Shown piece by piece: positions 38,400 through 48,389 of a DNA stretch of 64,000 nt; within the stretch, counting starts at the first letter, position 1, and the number at the start of each line of letters is the position of its first letter. The translations under genes and the position numbers were made by a program. The notes beneath the pieces are model-generated. The model was not told the origin of the DNA, ran no database searches, and worked only from the letters and a program-made list of their open reading frames with translations. The DNA comes from Gemmatimonadota bacterium. Lineage in GTDB: Bacteria > Gemmatimonadota > Gemmatimonadetes > Longimicrobiales > Gaopeijiaceae. The stretch spans positions 19,489 to 83,488 of the forward strand of contig JBDHHQ010000036.1 of the NCBI GenBank assembly GCA_039589315.1, read 5' to 3'.

Positions 38400-39632
38400 A
38401 TGCGCTCGAACCTCATCGCCGGACTCGACATCGGAACGACCAAGACCTGCGCCGTCATCGCGGAGCTCGACGGTGACCCGCGTGGCCGCTTCGAGCTGAA
38501 GGTGCTGGGCGTCGGTCAGGCCCGCACCAGCGGCGTGCGCCGCGAGGTGGTAACCCACATCGAGGAGACCACCGAGTCGATTCGGGCCGCCATGAAGGAG
38601 GCGGAGCTCATGGCCGGCTGTGCCGTGGATCGACTCTACACCGGCATCGCCGGCGATCACATCGATGCGTTCTCGTCGCATGGCGTGGTAGCGATCGCCG
38701 CCGACGAGGTGTCGCCGGCGGACGTCGAACGGGTGCACACGGTGGCTCGGACGGTGGCGCTGCCGCCGGATCGGGAGCTGCTCCACGCCATCCCGGTGGA
38801 GTACCGGGTCGACCGCCAATGCGGGATCCTGGATCCGGTGGGCATGGCCGGCACCCGCCTGGAGACGGACGTCTACCTGGTGACTTGCTCCTCCGCGACG
38901 GCCGGCAACATCCGCAAGGCGGTGTCCCGCTCGGGCTACTGCGTGCAGGAGCTGGTCCTGGAGCCCGTGGCGTCCGCTCGCGCGGTGCTCACCGAAGACG
39001 AGAAGGAGGTGGGGGTGGCCATGGTCGAGCTGGGAGGGGGCACCACGGCGCTGGCCGCCTACTACGAAGGCAAGATCAGGCACCTGACCATCCTGCCGGT
39101 GGGCGGGGTGACCGTGACGACGGATCTGGTCAAGGGCCTCTCCATCCCGTTCGCCGAGGCCCAGCGAGCCAAAGAGGTACACGCCGTGGCGGTGGCGGGC
39201 CTGGTGGATCCCCAGGAGACGGTGGAAGTGCCGGGTCCCAGCCCGGGTCAGAGGCGACACGTGGCACGCGAGCTCATCGCTCACGTGGTGGAGCAGCGGC
39301 TGGACGAGATGCTGGGCATGGTCCACGACGAGCTAGAGCGGCAGGGCCTGCTCGGCAAGCTCGGGGCCGGCATCGTCCTGACCGGAGGCGCCGCCGCGCT
39401 GAACGGCACCATCGAGCTGGCTCAGCAGATCTTCGCGGCTCCCGTCAGGGCGGGTGTTCCGTCCGAGGGACTCGGCGGACTGGCCGACTCCGTGGGCCGC
39501 CCGAAGTTCGCCACCGCTGCCGGCCTGACGCTGTACGGCGCCGACCGATTCGGAGAGACCGGCCGGGGAGCCTCCACGCTGGCATCGGGCGTGGTTTCGA
39601 AGATGGGCGCCTGGCTCAGAGAGTTCTTCTAG
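38400..39632 (+). CDS. ftsA: cell division protein FtsA
   Basis: GLDIGTTKTC, ELGGGTT, VLTGGAA. Confidence 0.96.
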   Translation: MRSNLIAGLDIGTTKTCAVIAELDGDPRGRFELKVLGVGQARTSGVRREVVTHIEETTESIRAAMKEAELMAGCAVDRLYTGIAGDHIDAFSSHGVVAIAADEVSPADVERVHTVARTVALPPDRELLHAIPVEYRVDRQCGILDPVGMAGTRLETDVYLVTCSSATAGNIRKAVSRSGYCVQELVLEPVASARAVLTEDEKEVGVAMVELGGGTTALAAYYEGKIRHLTILPVGGVTVTTDLVKGLSIPFAEAQRAKEVHAVAVAGLVDPQETVEVPGPSPGQRRHVARELIAHVVEQRLDEMLGMVHDELERQGLLGKLGAGIVLTGGAAALNGTIELAQQIFAAPVRAGVPSEGLGGLADSVGRPKFATAAGLTLYGADRFGETGRGASTLASGVVSKMGAWLREFF

Positions 39633-39692
39633 GAAACAGACGTCGAAGCGCGCACTACCCAACGCCGAGAGGCAAACACCCCGGAGGCACAG

Positions 39693-40961
39693 ATGATGAT
39701 CTTCGAGTTCGAGGACACCCCCATCCGAAACGCTCGGATGAAAGTCGTGGGTGTCGGAGGCGCCGGCGGCAACGCGGTCAATCGGATGGTGGAGGAAGAC
39801 CTCGACGGCGTCGAGTTCATCACCGCCAACACCGACGCGCAGGCGCTGAAGGGCTCAAGGGCCCAGGTGACGCTACAGTTGGGCAAGAAGCTGACACGGG
39901 GCCTCGGCGCCGGAGCCCGACCGGAGATCGGCCGACAGGCCATTGCCGAGAGCGTGGATGACGTGCGCCGCTCTCTCGAGGGTGCCGACCTGGTGTTCGT
40001 CACGGCGGGCATGGGGGGCGGTACCGGCACCGGCGCGGCACCGGTGATCGGAGAGATCGCCCGGGAGCTGGGCGCCCTCACCATCGGCATCGTCACCAAG
40101 CCCTTCTCCTTCGAAGGAAAGAAGCGGTCGCGGCAGGCGCAGCAGGGCTTGGCCGAGCTCCGCCGGTGCGTCGACACGATGATCGTCGTCCCCAACGACC
40201 GGCTTCTGTCAGTGGTCCCCAAGGGCACGTCGTTCAAGGAGGCACTGAAGAAGGCCGACGAGGTGCTGCTGCACGCGACGCAGGGGATCAGCGATCTCAT
40301 CCGCGTCAGCGGTGAGGTCAACGTGGACTTCGCGGACGTGCGGACCATCATGTCCTGCCGTGGGCCCGCGCTCATGGGCTCGGGCTTCGGCGAAGGGGAC
40401 AACCGGTCGCAGGAAGCCGCGCAGGAGGCGATCTCGTCTCCGCTTCTGGACAGCGTGTCCATCGCTGGCGCACAGGGAGTGCTCATCAACATCACCGGTG
40501 GCATGGATTTGGCGATCGACGAGGTCACGGAGATCTCCACGATCATCCAGGAAGAAGCCGGCGACGAGGCCGAGATCATCTTCGGCGCAGTGCATGATCC
40601 GACCCTGGAAGGCCAGGTGCGGGTCACGGTGATCGCCACCGGGTTCGAGACGGCCGACAGCCAGGCCGACAAGGTGCTCCGGCCGAACTTCCGCAGGGTC
40701 TCGCAGCCGGCCGGCGGCAGCCAGGCCGAGGCGGGCCAGAGCGTCGCGCGGAAGGCCGCCCTGGCAGGCGGAGGTCAGACCTCGCTGCCGATGCCGGCGC
40801 GGCGGCTCGAGGTTCCGCTGCCCGGGGGCCTGCAGATGAGCGGGAGCACCCAACTCACACCCGCGGTCATGCCCGTCAGCCGGATGCCGGAGCGAGTCAT
40901 GACCACGCACGAGATCGGGGAGCTCGACATCCCGACCTTCATCCGTCGGCAGATGGACTGA
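39693..40961 (+). CDS. ftsZ: cell division protein FtsZ
   Basis: [23 protein letters not shown]-terminal peptide [12 protein letters not shown]. Confidence 0.98.
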   Translation: MMIFEFEDTPIRNARMKVVGVGGAGGNAVNRMVEEDLDGVEFITANTDAQALKGSRAQVTLQLGKKLTRGLGAGARPEIGRQAIAESVDDVRRSLEGADLVFVTAGMGGGTGTGAAPVIGEIARELGALTIGIVTKPFSFEGKKRSRQAQQGLAELRRCVDTMIVVPNDRLLSVVPKGTSFKEALKKADEVLLHATQGISDLIRVSGEVNVDFADVRTIMSCRGPALMGSGFGEGDNRSQEAAQEAISSPLLDSVSIAGAQGVLINITGGMDLAIDEVTEISTIIQEEAGDEAEIIFGAVHDPTLEGQVRVTVIATGFETADSQADKVLRPNFRRVSQPAGGSQAEAGQSVARKAALAGGGQTSLPMPARRLEVPLPGGLQMSGSTQLTPAVMPVSRMPERVMTTHEIGELDIPTFIRRQMD

Positions 40962-41174
40962 GGGAGATCGCGTTCCGGCGTAGGCCTGGCCGAGAGCCGC
41001 GCCTCGGCGTTCTGCCGGCCGCGTGTCGGATCATAGGCACGGGGGTTCCCATTGGGGGACTCCGTCCTATTGTTGTAGGTTGGGGATCGGCTTTCACGTC
41101 GCCCCGTGTTCGGGACCGTCCGCAGTGGGCGCGCTGCCTCATGGACGGGTCCTGGCGATCCGATACAAGAGGGT

Positions 41175-42476
41175 ATGGAAGAACGGCGATACAAGAGGGC
41201 GTTTGCCGTCCTGGCGCTGCTGGCCGTCGCGGTCGCGGCCGTGGCGTTGACGCTGCCACCGAAGGAATATCCGGACACCGGGCGCGTGTCGCCGATCTAC
41301 GCCGTCGCGGCCGAGCGGCTGGACGTCCACACGCTGGCAGCAGGCGAGACGCTGGGCGGCCTGCTGGCGAGAAGCCCTCTCGAGCCCGGTGCCGTGAACG
41401 AGTTCCTCCTGGCCTTCCGAGAGCACGCCAGTCCGCGCCGCTTGCGCGCCGGTGTGGAGGTGTCGTTCCGCTGGCTCGGTGAAGGGCATCTCCGGGGCAT
41501 CGACGTCACGCTGAACCCCGATGAGACCGTGCGGCTGACGCGGAAGGGCAACGGCTGGCAGTCCACGGTCGTCGAGACGCCGATCTACACGGACACGGTC
41601 TTCGCGACGGGCGAGATCGAGACGGTCCTGTGGAACGCCGTCGTGGGGAACCCGGGCCTCCACGATCTCCCCGCGGGGGACCGGGCGCAGATCATCCATT
41701 ACCTCGATCAGGTCTTCCAGTGGCAGATCGACTTCTCGCGTCAGATCCAGGCTGGCGACACCTACCGCTTCGCCTTCGAACGTCAGGTCCGTCCCGACGG
41801 GTCCATGCGGAGCGGTCACGTGCTGGCCGCCGAGCTCGTCAACCAGGGCAAGGCATTCCACGCGTTGTGGTTCGACCCCAACGAAGACGGCAAGGGCACC
41901 TACTACGACCTGGACGGCGAGTCGGTCAGGCGGGCCTTCTTGCGGAAGCCCCTCGAGTTCCGGCGCATCTCATCGCGGTTCAGCGGCGGCCGGTTCCATC
42001 CGGTGCTCAAGCGTTGGCGGGCCCACCGCGGAGTCGACTACGCGGCCAACTCGGGCACCCCGGTCATGGCCACCGGCGAAGGTATCGTCCAGCGCAGGGA
42101 GAACGCCGGCAGCTGCGGCAACATGATCCAGATCCGCCATTCGATGGGCTTCGTGACGAAGTACTGCCACCTGCGACGGTTCGCCAAGGGAGTCCACGTG
42201 GGCACGCGGGTCGCCCAGGGCGAGGTCATCGGTCAGGTGGGCATGACGGGCCTGGCGACCGGCCCCCATCTGCACTATGAGATGATCCGCCACGGAAGCC
42301 ACGTGGACCCCATGGCCATCGAGCTTCCCGGTGGGGATCCGGTCCCGACCGAGGCCTGGTCACGGTGGGCCGGCCAGATGGGGCCACGGCTCGACTTGCT
42401 GAACCGCATGGTCGATCCGCTGGCCACCTTGGAGTCCACGCGCATCGCTGACGACACGGACGAGATCGACGGGTGA
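41175..42476 (+). CDS. M23 family peptidoglycan DD-endopeptidase (MepM-like)
   Basis: N-terminal TM, HRGVDYAA (HxxxD), YCHL, TGPHLHYE (HxH). Confidence 0.92.
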   Translation: MEERRYKRAFAVLALLAVAVAAVALTLPPKEYPDTGRVSPIYAVAAERLDVHTLAAGETLGGLLARSPLEPGAVNEFLLAFREHASPRRLRAGVEVSFRWLGEGHLRGIDVTLNPDETVRLTRKGNGWQSTVVETPIYTDTVFATGEIETVLWNAVVGNPGLHDLPAGDRAQIIHYLDQVFQWQIDFSRQIQAGDTYRFAFERQVRPDGSMRSGHVLAAELVNQGKAFHALWFDPNEDGKGTYYDLDGESVRRAFLRKPLEFRRISSRFSGGRFHPVLKRWRAHRGVDYAANSGTPVMATGEGIVQRRENAGSCGNMIQIRHSMGFVTKYCHLRRFAKGVHVGTRVAQGEVIGQVGMTGLATGPHLHYEMIRHGSHVDPMAIELPGGDPVPTEAWSRWAGQMGPRLDLLNRMVDPLATLESTRIADDTDEIDG

Positions 42477-42549
42477 CCGACCTCCGGCTCCGCCGGATCC
42501 GACCTCGGCTGCAACACTTCCCACCTGAACCCACCGCTGCGTGGGCTGG

Positions 42550-44505
42550 ATGGACGCTTCTTCACTCGCATTCCTGATCGCGGCGGCTGGTGCCGCGGGC
42601 CTGGCGTTTCTGATCTATCAGAGGCGCGAGCTGGTCGTGCCGGGACGCCCTCTGTTGGCGGCGTTGCGCGCTGCCGTGCTGGTGCTGGTGATCGGGTTGA
42701 TCTGGAACCCCCAGCTCCCGGGCGACATCGCGCCCCAGGCGGCTTCCGACACCTGGGTCCTGGTGGACCAGTCCGAGAGCATGGCCGTGGCCGGCGCCGA
42801 CGGCTGGGCCGGCGTTCTTGCCCGGGTGCGAGAACTGGCGCCGCCGGACGCCCGCATCGCCACCTTCGGCAACGACGTCCGCGTGATCCACAAGGACTCG
42901 CTGGACCGGATCACCCCTGACGGACCCGCGACTCGCCTGGCGACGGCCGTCGAGCGGGCGGCCGAGTCGGGGGCCCGCAGAATCGTCGTGGTGTCGGACC
43001 TCCGCATCCAGGATCCCGCCGCCACTGCCGCTGTGCTCGGGCGGACCCGGGCCGAGGTGGTCATCGAGGGCGTGCCCTCGGACCTGCGCAACGTGGCCGT
43101 GGCCGAGGCCATCGCGCCTGGTGCGGTGGAGGCGGGCCAGGACATCGGCGTGGACGTGGTGGTGCAGGGTGAAGGCGTGGCCGAGGGCGACACGGTCACG
43201 ATCGAAGTGCGTGGCGACGGCAGGTTGGTGGCGACCGGGCGCACCGTGCTACCGGCAGACGGCCGGCAGGTGCGCGTCCCTCTCACCGTGCCGGCGCCAT
43301 CGGACGACGGCCAGGTTCGCATCACCGTACGCGCCATCCTCGACGGCGACGTGTTCCCGACAGACGACGAGCGGGTGCTTCGCGTGGACGTGGGGCCGGA
43401 CATTCGCGGCGTCGCGCTGGTTTCCCTGCGACCCACATGGGAGCCGCGCTTCCTCCTGCCCGTTCTGCAGCAGGTCACGGGCCTGGAGGCCCGGGGATAC
43501 CTTCGCCTCGCCGATGGCCGTTACCTCCTGGCGGGCGGTGGGGCGAGCGATCGGCGGAGCATGACCGAGGACGCGGTCCGCCAGGCCGTCGCCGGCGCGG
43601 AGCTACTGGTGCTGGACGGGGTCGGCGCGGGTGCGCCCAGCTGGCTCGCCGAGCACGCACGGGCCTCGGGTCGTCTGCTGGTCTTCGCCCATGACCCTCA
43701 GGGCGCGGCGCTGGCGGGTGTCGAAGTGGGAAACCCTCTGCCCGGAGAGTGGTATCCAGTCCCGGAGATCTCCGCGTCGCCCTTCGCGGCCGATCTGGCC
43801 GGGGCCACCTTCACGGGGTTGCCGCCACTTTCGGGCCTGTTGCCATTGACGGGTGCAGCGCTCCCTCCGCCCCTGTACCTGGCGCGGGATGGGGCCGGCC
43901 GGCAGGAAGCAGCGCTGGCTCTGGCCACCGCGAACGGCAGGCGGAGGGCGGCGGTCCTGGCCTCGGGGTTCTGGCGCTGGGGGTTTCGGGACGGTGTACC
44001 GAAGGAGACCTACCGGCGCTTCTGGGCGGCGGCCTCCGGCTGGCTCCTGGCTACCGAGGCCCTGGCCGGGGGGCCCGGGGTGCGGCCGACCGCCCCGGTC
44101 CTGTCACGGGGTGAAGCCGTGACGTGGCGGGCACCCGGGTTGGGGGGGGATTCGATGCGCCTGAGCGTAACGCGGGATGGCGTCACGGTGGTGGATACCG
44201 TCTTCGTGGTCCCCCCTGACGAGGTGTTTCGGACCGGCGCCCTGGCGTCGGGCACGTACGAGTACCGTGCCGAGACCGGTGACGGCTCGGAGGAGGGGGC
44301 TGGGGCGTTCGACGTGGAGAGCTACGTCGACGAGCTGTTGCTGCCGCCCTCCGCCCCGAATCCCCTGCCGGCGGAAGATGGCACGGTGGCCCAGCAGGCT
44401 GCGCCGGTGGGTCGGCCGCTGCGCACGCAAGCAGTCCCCTATCTGTTGCTGTTGTTGCTCTTGTGCGGCGAGTGGATCGGCCGGCGTAGGCTCGGGCTCC
44501 GCTGA
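42550..44505 (+). CDS. vWA-domain membrane protein (N-terminal TM pair, MIDAS, Ig-like region, C-terminal TM)
   Basis: DQSES (DxSxS) and VVVSD motifs. C-terminal LLLLCGEWIGRRRLGLR. Confidence 0.75.
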   Translation: MDASSLAFLIAAAGAAGLAFLIYQRRELVVPGRPLLAALRAAVLVLVIGLIWNPQLPGDIAPQAASDTWVLVDQSESMAVAGADGWAGVLARVRELAPPDARIATFGNDVRVIHKDSLDRITPDGPATRLATAVERAAESGARRIVVVSDLRIQDPAATAAVLGRTRAEVVIEGVPSDLRNVAVAEAIAPGAVEAGQDIGVDVVVQGEGVAEGDTVTIEVRGDGRLVATGRTVLPADGRQVRVPLTVPAPSDDGQVRITVRAILDGDVFPTDDERVLRVDVGPDIRGVALVSLRPTWEPRFLLPVLQQVTGLEARGYLRLADGRYLLAGGGASDRRSMTEDAVRQAVAGAELLVLDGVGAGAPSWLAEHARASGRLLVFAHDPQGAALAGVEVGNPLPGEWYPVPEISASPFAADLAGATFTGLPPLSGLLPLTGAALPPPLYLARDGAGRQEAALALATANGRRRAAVLASGFWRWGFRDGVPKETYRRFWAAASGWLLATEALAGGPGVRPTAPVLSRGEAVTWRAPGLGGDSMRLSVTRDGVTVVDTVFVVPPDEVFRTGALASGTYEYRAETGDGSEEGAGAFDVESYVDELLLPPSAPNPLPAEDGTVAQQAAPVGRPLRTQAVPYLLLLLLLCGEWIGRRRLGLR

Positions 44506-44580
44506 GCGCGGATGACCGTACGGAGCAGGGCCTCCGCCCGGCACTTCCATCACCGACGACCTACCGAACACGGCGAACGC

Positions 44581-45507
44581 ATGGCGCGTCTCTTCAAGAA
44601 TAGGGCGGAACGGAAGACAGGATTCTGGAAGCGGCTCCGCCGCCTGGCCCTCACGGACGTGCGCGTCGCCGTGCGCGGCCTCGACCAGGACGCGCTGGAA
44701 GAGCTGGAGGAGCACTTGCTCGCGTCCGACTTCGGCGTCCAGGCCACGCTCCGGCTCATGGACCGGGTCGAGGAGTCGGCCCGGCGAGGAGAGGGTCGGA
44801 GCGAGGGGGGGCTGGGAGCGGTGCTGCGCTCGGAGATGGAGGAGATCCTGGCGCCCACGAAGGAGGCCTACCTCCACGCCGCCGACACCGGCCCGACCGT
44901 CTATCTCATCGTGGGTGTCAACGGGGTGGGGAAGACCACCTCCATCGGCAAGCTGGCGCATCAGCTCCGTGCGGAGGGGCAGCGGGTGCTGCTCGCCGCG
45001 GGGGACACGTGGCGGGCCGGCGCCGTGGAGCAGCTGCGGCTGTGGGCGGAGCGCATCGGCGCCGAGTTCGTGGGGGGCCAACAGGGCGGCGATCCAGCTG
45101 CCGTAGCCTACGATGCCATCGATGCTGCCGTGGCCCGGAACATCGACGTGGTTCTGGTGGACACCGCTGGACGGCTCCACACCCACCGCAACTTGATGGA
45201 GGAGCTGCAGAAGGTGGATCGAGTCGTGCGGCGGCGGCTCGAGGGTGCGCCACACGAGACGCTGCTCGTCCTGGACGCCACGGTGGGCCAAAACGCCCTG
45301 TCCCAGGTGGAGGCCTTCGGGCGGTCCGTCGAGCTGACCGGCATCATCTTGGCCAAGATGGACAGCACGGCCCGGGGCGGCGTGATCGTGGCGCTCCAGG
45401 AGCAGTTCGGTCTGCCCGTGAAGCTCGTCGGGACGGGAGAGGGACCGGACGACCTGACGCCCTTCGACGCCCGGGATTTCGTCGAAGGCGTCTTCGCCGA
45501 AGATTAG
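44581..45507 (+). CDS. ftsY: SRP receptor FtsY (short NG form)
   Basis: GVNGVGKTT, DTAGR, AKMDSTARGG, GTGE..DDL.PF. Confidence 0.96.
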   Translation: MARLFKNRAERKTGFWKRLRRLALTDVRVAVRGLDQDALEELEEHLLASDFGVQATLRLMDRVEESARRGEGRSEGGLGAVLRSEMEEILAPTKEAYLHAADTGPTVYLIVGVNGVGKTTSIGKLAHQLRAEGQRVLLAAGDTWRAGAVEQLRLWAERIGAEFVGGQQGGDPAAVAYDAIDAAVARNIDVVLVDTAGRLHTHRNLMEELQKVDRVVRRRLEGAPHETLLVLDATVGQNALSQVEAFGRSVELTGIILAKMDSTARGGVIVALQEQFGLPVKLVGTGEGPDDLTPFDARDFVEGVFAED

Positions 45508-45571
45508 CGACCGCCGCCCGTCGGAGGATCGGCGCAAGGGCGGCTGAGCCCCGGGTCTCCGCACCCGAGCG

Positions 45572-47686
45572 ATGGCGCAGATGGGCTTCTCACAACTCGA
45601 CAAGCCGGTTCAGTTCCTCAAGGGCGTGGGTCCGAAGCGGGCCGAGGCCCTGGGACGCATGGGAATCGTCACGGCCCGGGACCTCCTGTATCACGTCCCC
45701 CGGCGGTACGACGATGCGTCCACCCTCACGCCCGTGGCTCGGCTCGAAGTGGGGATGGACGCTTCGGCGCTGGGACGCGTTCGAACCAAGGGCGTCGTCC
45801 CCACGCGGAAGGGCCTGAGGATCTTCCAGGCGGTTCTCCAGGACGACAGCGGCATGATCACGTGTGCCTGGCCGGGGCAACCCTGGCTGGATCGCAAGAT
45901 CCACGAGGGGGACCGGCTGCTGGTCACGGGTCCGGTGCGCTTCTTCCACGGCCGGCAGCTGCAGCCCCGCGAGTTCACCGTCGTGGCGCGCGGGTCCGAT
46001 CGGGAGGACGGAACGGGGGGCGACGAGCCCTTGGCGGCAGGCACCATCTTCGTGTCCTATCCCGCTTCGGAGGAGGTGCCCCAGTGGGTGTTGCGCCGCG
46101 TCTTCGACAGCAACCTGGACGTGCTGCTGCCCCTGGCGGACGAGGATGAGTACCTGCAGCCGGCCGACCGAGAGTCTCTGGCTCTACCGGCACTCACAGA
46201 GGCACTGGCGGCGCTCCATCGCCCCTCGCGCCTGAAGGCGGTGTCCGCCGCCCGGCGACGGTTGGCGTACGACGAGCTCTTCTTCCTGCAGGTGGCGCAG
46301 GCCCGGGTCCGGTACCGGGAGACCGTGGAGCGCCCAGGCATCCGTTTCGCCCGGACCAATGAGCTGATCCGGCCGCTCCATGAGCGCCTGCCCTTCGACC
46401 TCACCGGGGCGCAGGCCCGCGTGCTCCGGGAGATCTATGACGATATGACTTCGAGCCGGCGCATGAGCCGGCTACTCCAGGGCGACGTAGGCGCCGGGAA
46501 GACGGTGGTGGCGCTCTTCTGCATGCTGCTGGCCCTGGAGTCCGGGTACCAGTCCGCGCTCATGGCGCCTACGGAGATCCTGGCCGAGCAGCACGCCTCG
46601 AAGCTGCGAGAGCTGCTCGACGGCATGGGCGTCGAGGTGGCGATGCTGACCGGCCGTCTGGGCGCGTCCGAACGACGCAGCGTGCTCGAGGCGTTGGCCT
46701 CCGGGGAGGCGCCGATCGTGGTGGGTACCCACGCCTTGATTCAGAGCGATGTGGCGTTCCACGAGCTGGGCCTCGTGGTGGTGGACGAGCAGCACCGGTT
46801 CGGCGTCCGCCAGCGGATGGCGTTGGGCGAGCGGACTCCTCGGCCGGACGTCCTGGTCATGTCCGCGACACCGATTCCCAGGTCCCTGGCCATGACCTTC
46901 TACGGGGATCTGGACCTCAGCATCCTCGACGAGATTCCGCCGGGTCGGCGCCCCGTGCGGACCCGCCTGGAGCGGCCGAAGGCCCGGAGCGACATCTATG
47001 CCGCCGTGGGCCATGAGCTCGACCAGGGCCGTCAGGCCTACGTGGTCTACCCCCTGGTGGCGGAGTCCGAGAAGCTGGACCTGCTGGCAGCCACGGAGGA
47101 GTATGAGCGTCTACGCGAAGAGACCTTTGCCGATTACGAGGTGGGGCTTCTGCACGGCCAACTGCCGGCCGACGAGAAGGACCGGGTGATGCGCGCCTTC
47201 CGCGCCGGTGACATCGACCTGATCGTCGCCACCTCGGTCATCGAGGTGGGGATCGACGTGCCGAATGCCACGGTCATGGTCATCGAGCACGCGGAGCGCT
47301 TCGGGTTGGCTCAACTCCACCAGCTCCGGGGGCGGGTGGGGCGAGGGGGCGCGGAGAGCTACTGCATCCTCATCGCCGAGGCCGGTGACGTGGCCTTCGA
47401 ACGCCTGCGCACGCTGCGTGACACGCAGGACGGCTTCGCCATCGCCGAGGCCGATCTCAGGATCCGGGGCCAGGGCGACCTGTTCGGATCGCAGCAGCAC
47501 GGCCGGGGCGTCATGCTCCGGTTCGCCGACCTCACCACCGACGAGGGTCTCCTCGTCGCGGCCCAACAGCGTGCCCGGCAGGTGGTGGAGGCCGATCCCG
47601 AGCTGGCTACGCCGTCCTCTCGCCGCATCCGGGAGGTCCTTCAAACGCGGTATGCCGAGCGCCTCAAGCTGTACCAGGTCGGCTGA
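45572..47686 (+). CDS. recG: ATP-dependent DNA helicase RecG
   Basis: QGDVGAGKT, DEQHRFG, MSATPIPR, HQLRGRVGRG. Confidence 0.97.
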   Translation: MAQMGFSQLDKPVQFLKGVGPKRAEALGRMGIVTARDLLYHVPRRYDDASTLTPVARLEVGMDASALGRVRTKGVVPTRKGLRIFQAVLQDDSGMITCAWPGQPWLDRKIHEGDRLLVTGPVRFFHGRQLQPREFTVVARGSDREDGTGGDEPLAAGTIFVSYPASEEVPQWVLRRVFDSNLDVLLPLADEDEYLQPADRESLALPALTEALAALHRPSRLKAVSAARRRLAYDELFFLQVAQARVRYRETVERPGIRFARTNELIRPLHERLPFDLTGAQARVLREIYDDMTSSRRMSRLLQGDVGAGKTVVALFCMLLALESGYQSALMAPTEILAEQHASKLRELLDGMGVEVAMLTGRLGASERRSVLEALASGEAPIVVGTHALIQSDVAFHELGLVVVDEQHRFGVRQRMALGERTPRPDVLVMSATPIPRSLAMTFYGDLDLSILDEIPPGRRPVRTRLERPKARSDIYAAVGHELDQGRQAYVVYPLVAESEKLDLLAATEEYERLREETFADYEVGLLHGQLPADEKDRVMRAFRAGDIDLIVATSVIEVGIDVPNATVMVIEHAERFGLAQLHQLRGRVGRGGAESYCILIAEAGDVAFERLRTLRDTQDGFAIAEADLRIRGQGDLFGSQQHGRGVMLRFADLTTDEGLLVAAQQRARQVVEADPELATPSSRRIREVLQTRYAERLKLYQVG

Positions 47687-47759
47687 GGGCCCCGGACGGG
47701 CAGCGCGCCGGTGTGGATGCATCGGCGCCAGAATGGCACAGTACCTCAGAGGCACCCCA

Positions 47760-48389
47760 CTAGGGCGCCCAGCTGCCCAGCCGTAGCCGGGCGCCCACCA
47801 CGAAGGCGCCATCGGGCCCGGGCCCGACCTCGACGGTGACCGGCGGGTCATAGGGCACGTTCGGAGGGCTTCGGTCGGTCAAGTCGATGATGAAGAACAC
47901 CACGGACGCCGCCAGCGCCACCTGACCGACCAGCAACGCGGCTCGCGCCTGGCGGTCCTTGTCCAGGGTGTCCTGGTACAGGCTCTCCAGCTCCTCGTCG
48001 GTGAAGGATCCGTCCGGGTTCCGGCCCTCGCAACGATCGGGATTCTCCAGGCAAGATTCCTCCACCCGGGCGAAGATCTCGTCGGCCTGGCTGTTCAGCG
48101 AAAAGCCGTACGCCGCCGCGCCGGCGGACACGGCCAAAGTCGCCCACTTGGCAGTTCCGGCGAAGCTCCAGCGGTCGTCCTCCGCCGCCTGGGCGGCGTC
48201 CTGATCCAGCGCCCACGTCAGTCCTTGCGTGGCACCGGGAGGCTGAGCCCAGAGCACGAGTGCCGAGTGGTCCACCGCGGCCGTCTCGCTGGCCCCGGGT
48301 GTCTGTCCGAGCGTCGGCGCCCCGCCAACGGCCGAACCCACCGTCGTCACGACCAGGGTCACGCCCAGGAGGTGGGGCGCAGTGTTCAT
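47760..48389 (-). CDS. hypothetical exported/membrane protein
   Basis: Signal peptide, two hydrophobic segments around a Cys-containing loop. ATG overlaps the upstream stop. Confidence 0.65.
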   Translation of the reverse strand: MNTAPHLLGVTLVVTTVGSAVGGAPTLGQTPGASETAAVDHSALVLWAQPPGATQGLTWALDQDAAQAAEDDRWSFAGTAKWATLAVSAGAAAYGFSLNSQADEIFARVEESCLENPDRCEGRNPDGSFTDEELESLYQDTLDKDRQARAALLVGQVALAASVVFFIIDLTDRSPPNVPYDPPVTVEVGPGPDGAFVVGARLRLGSWAP

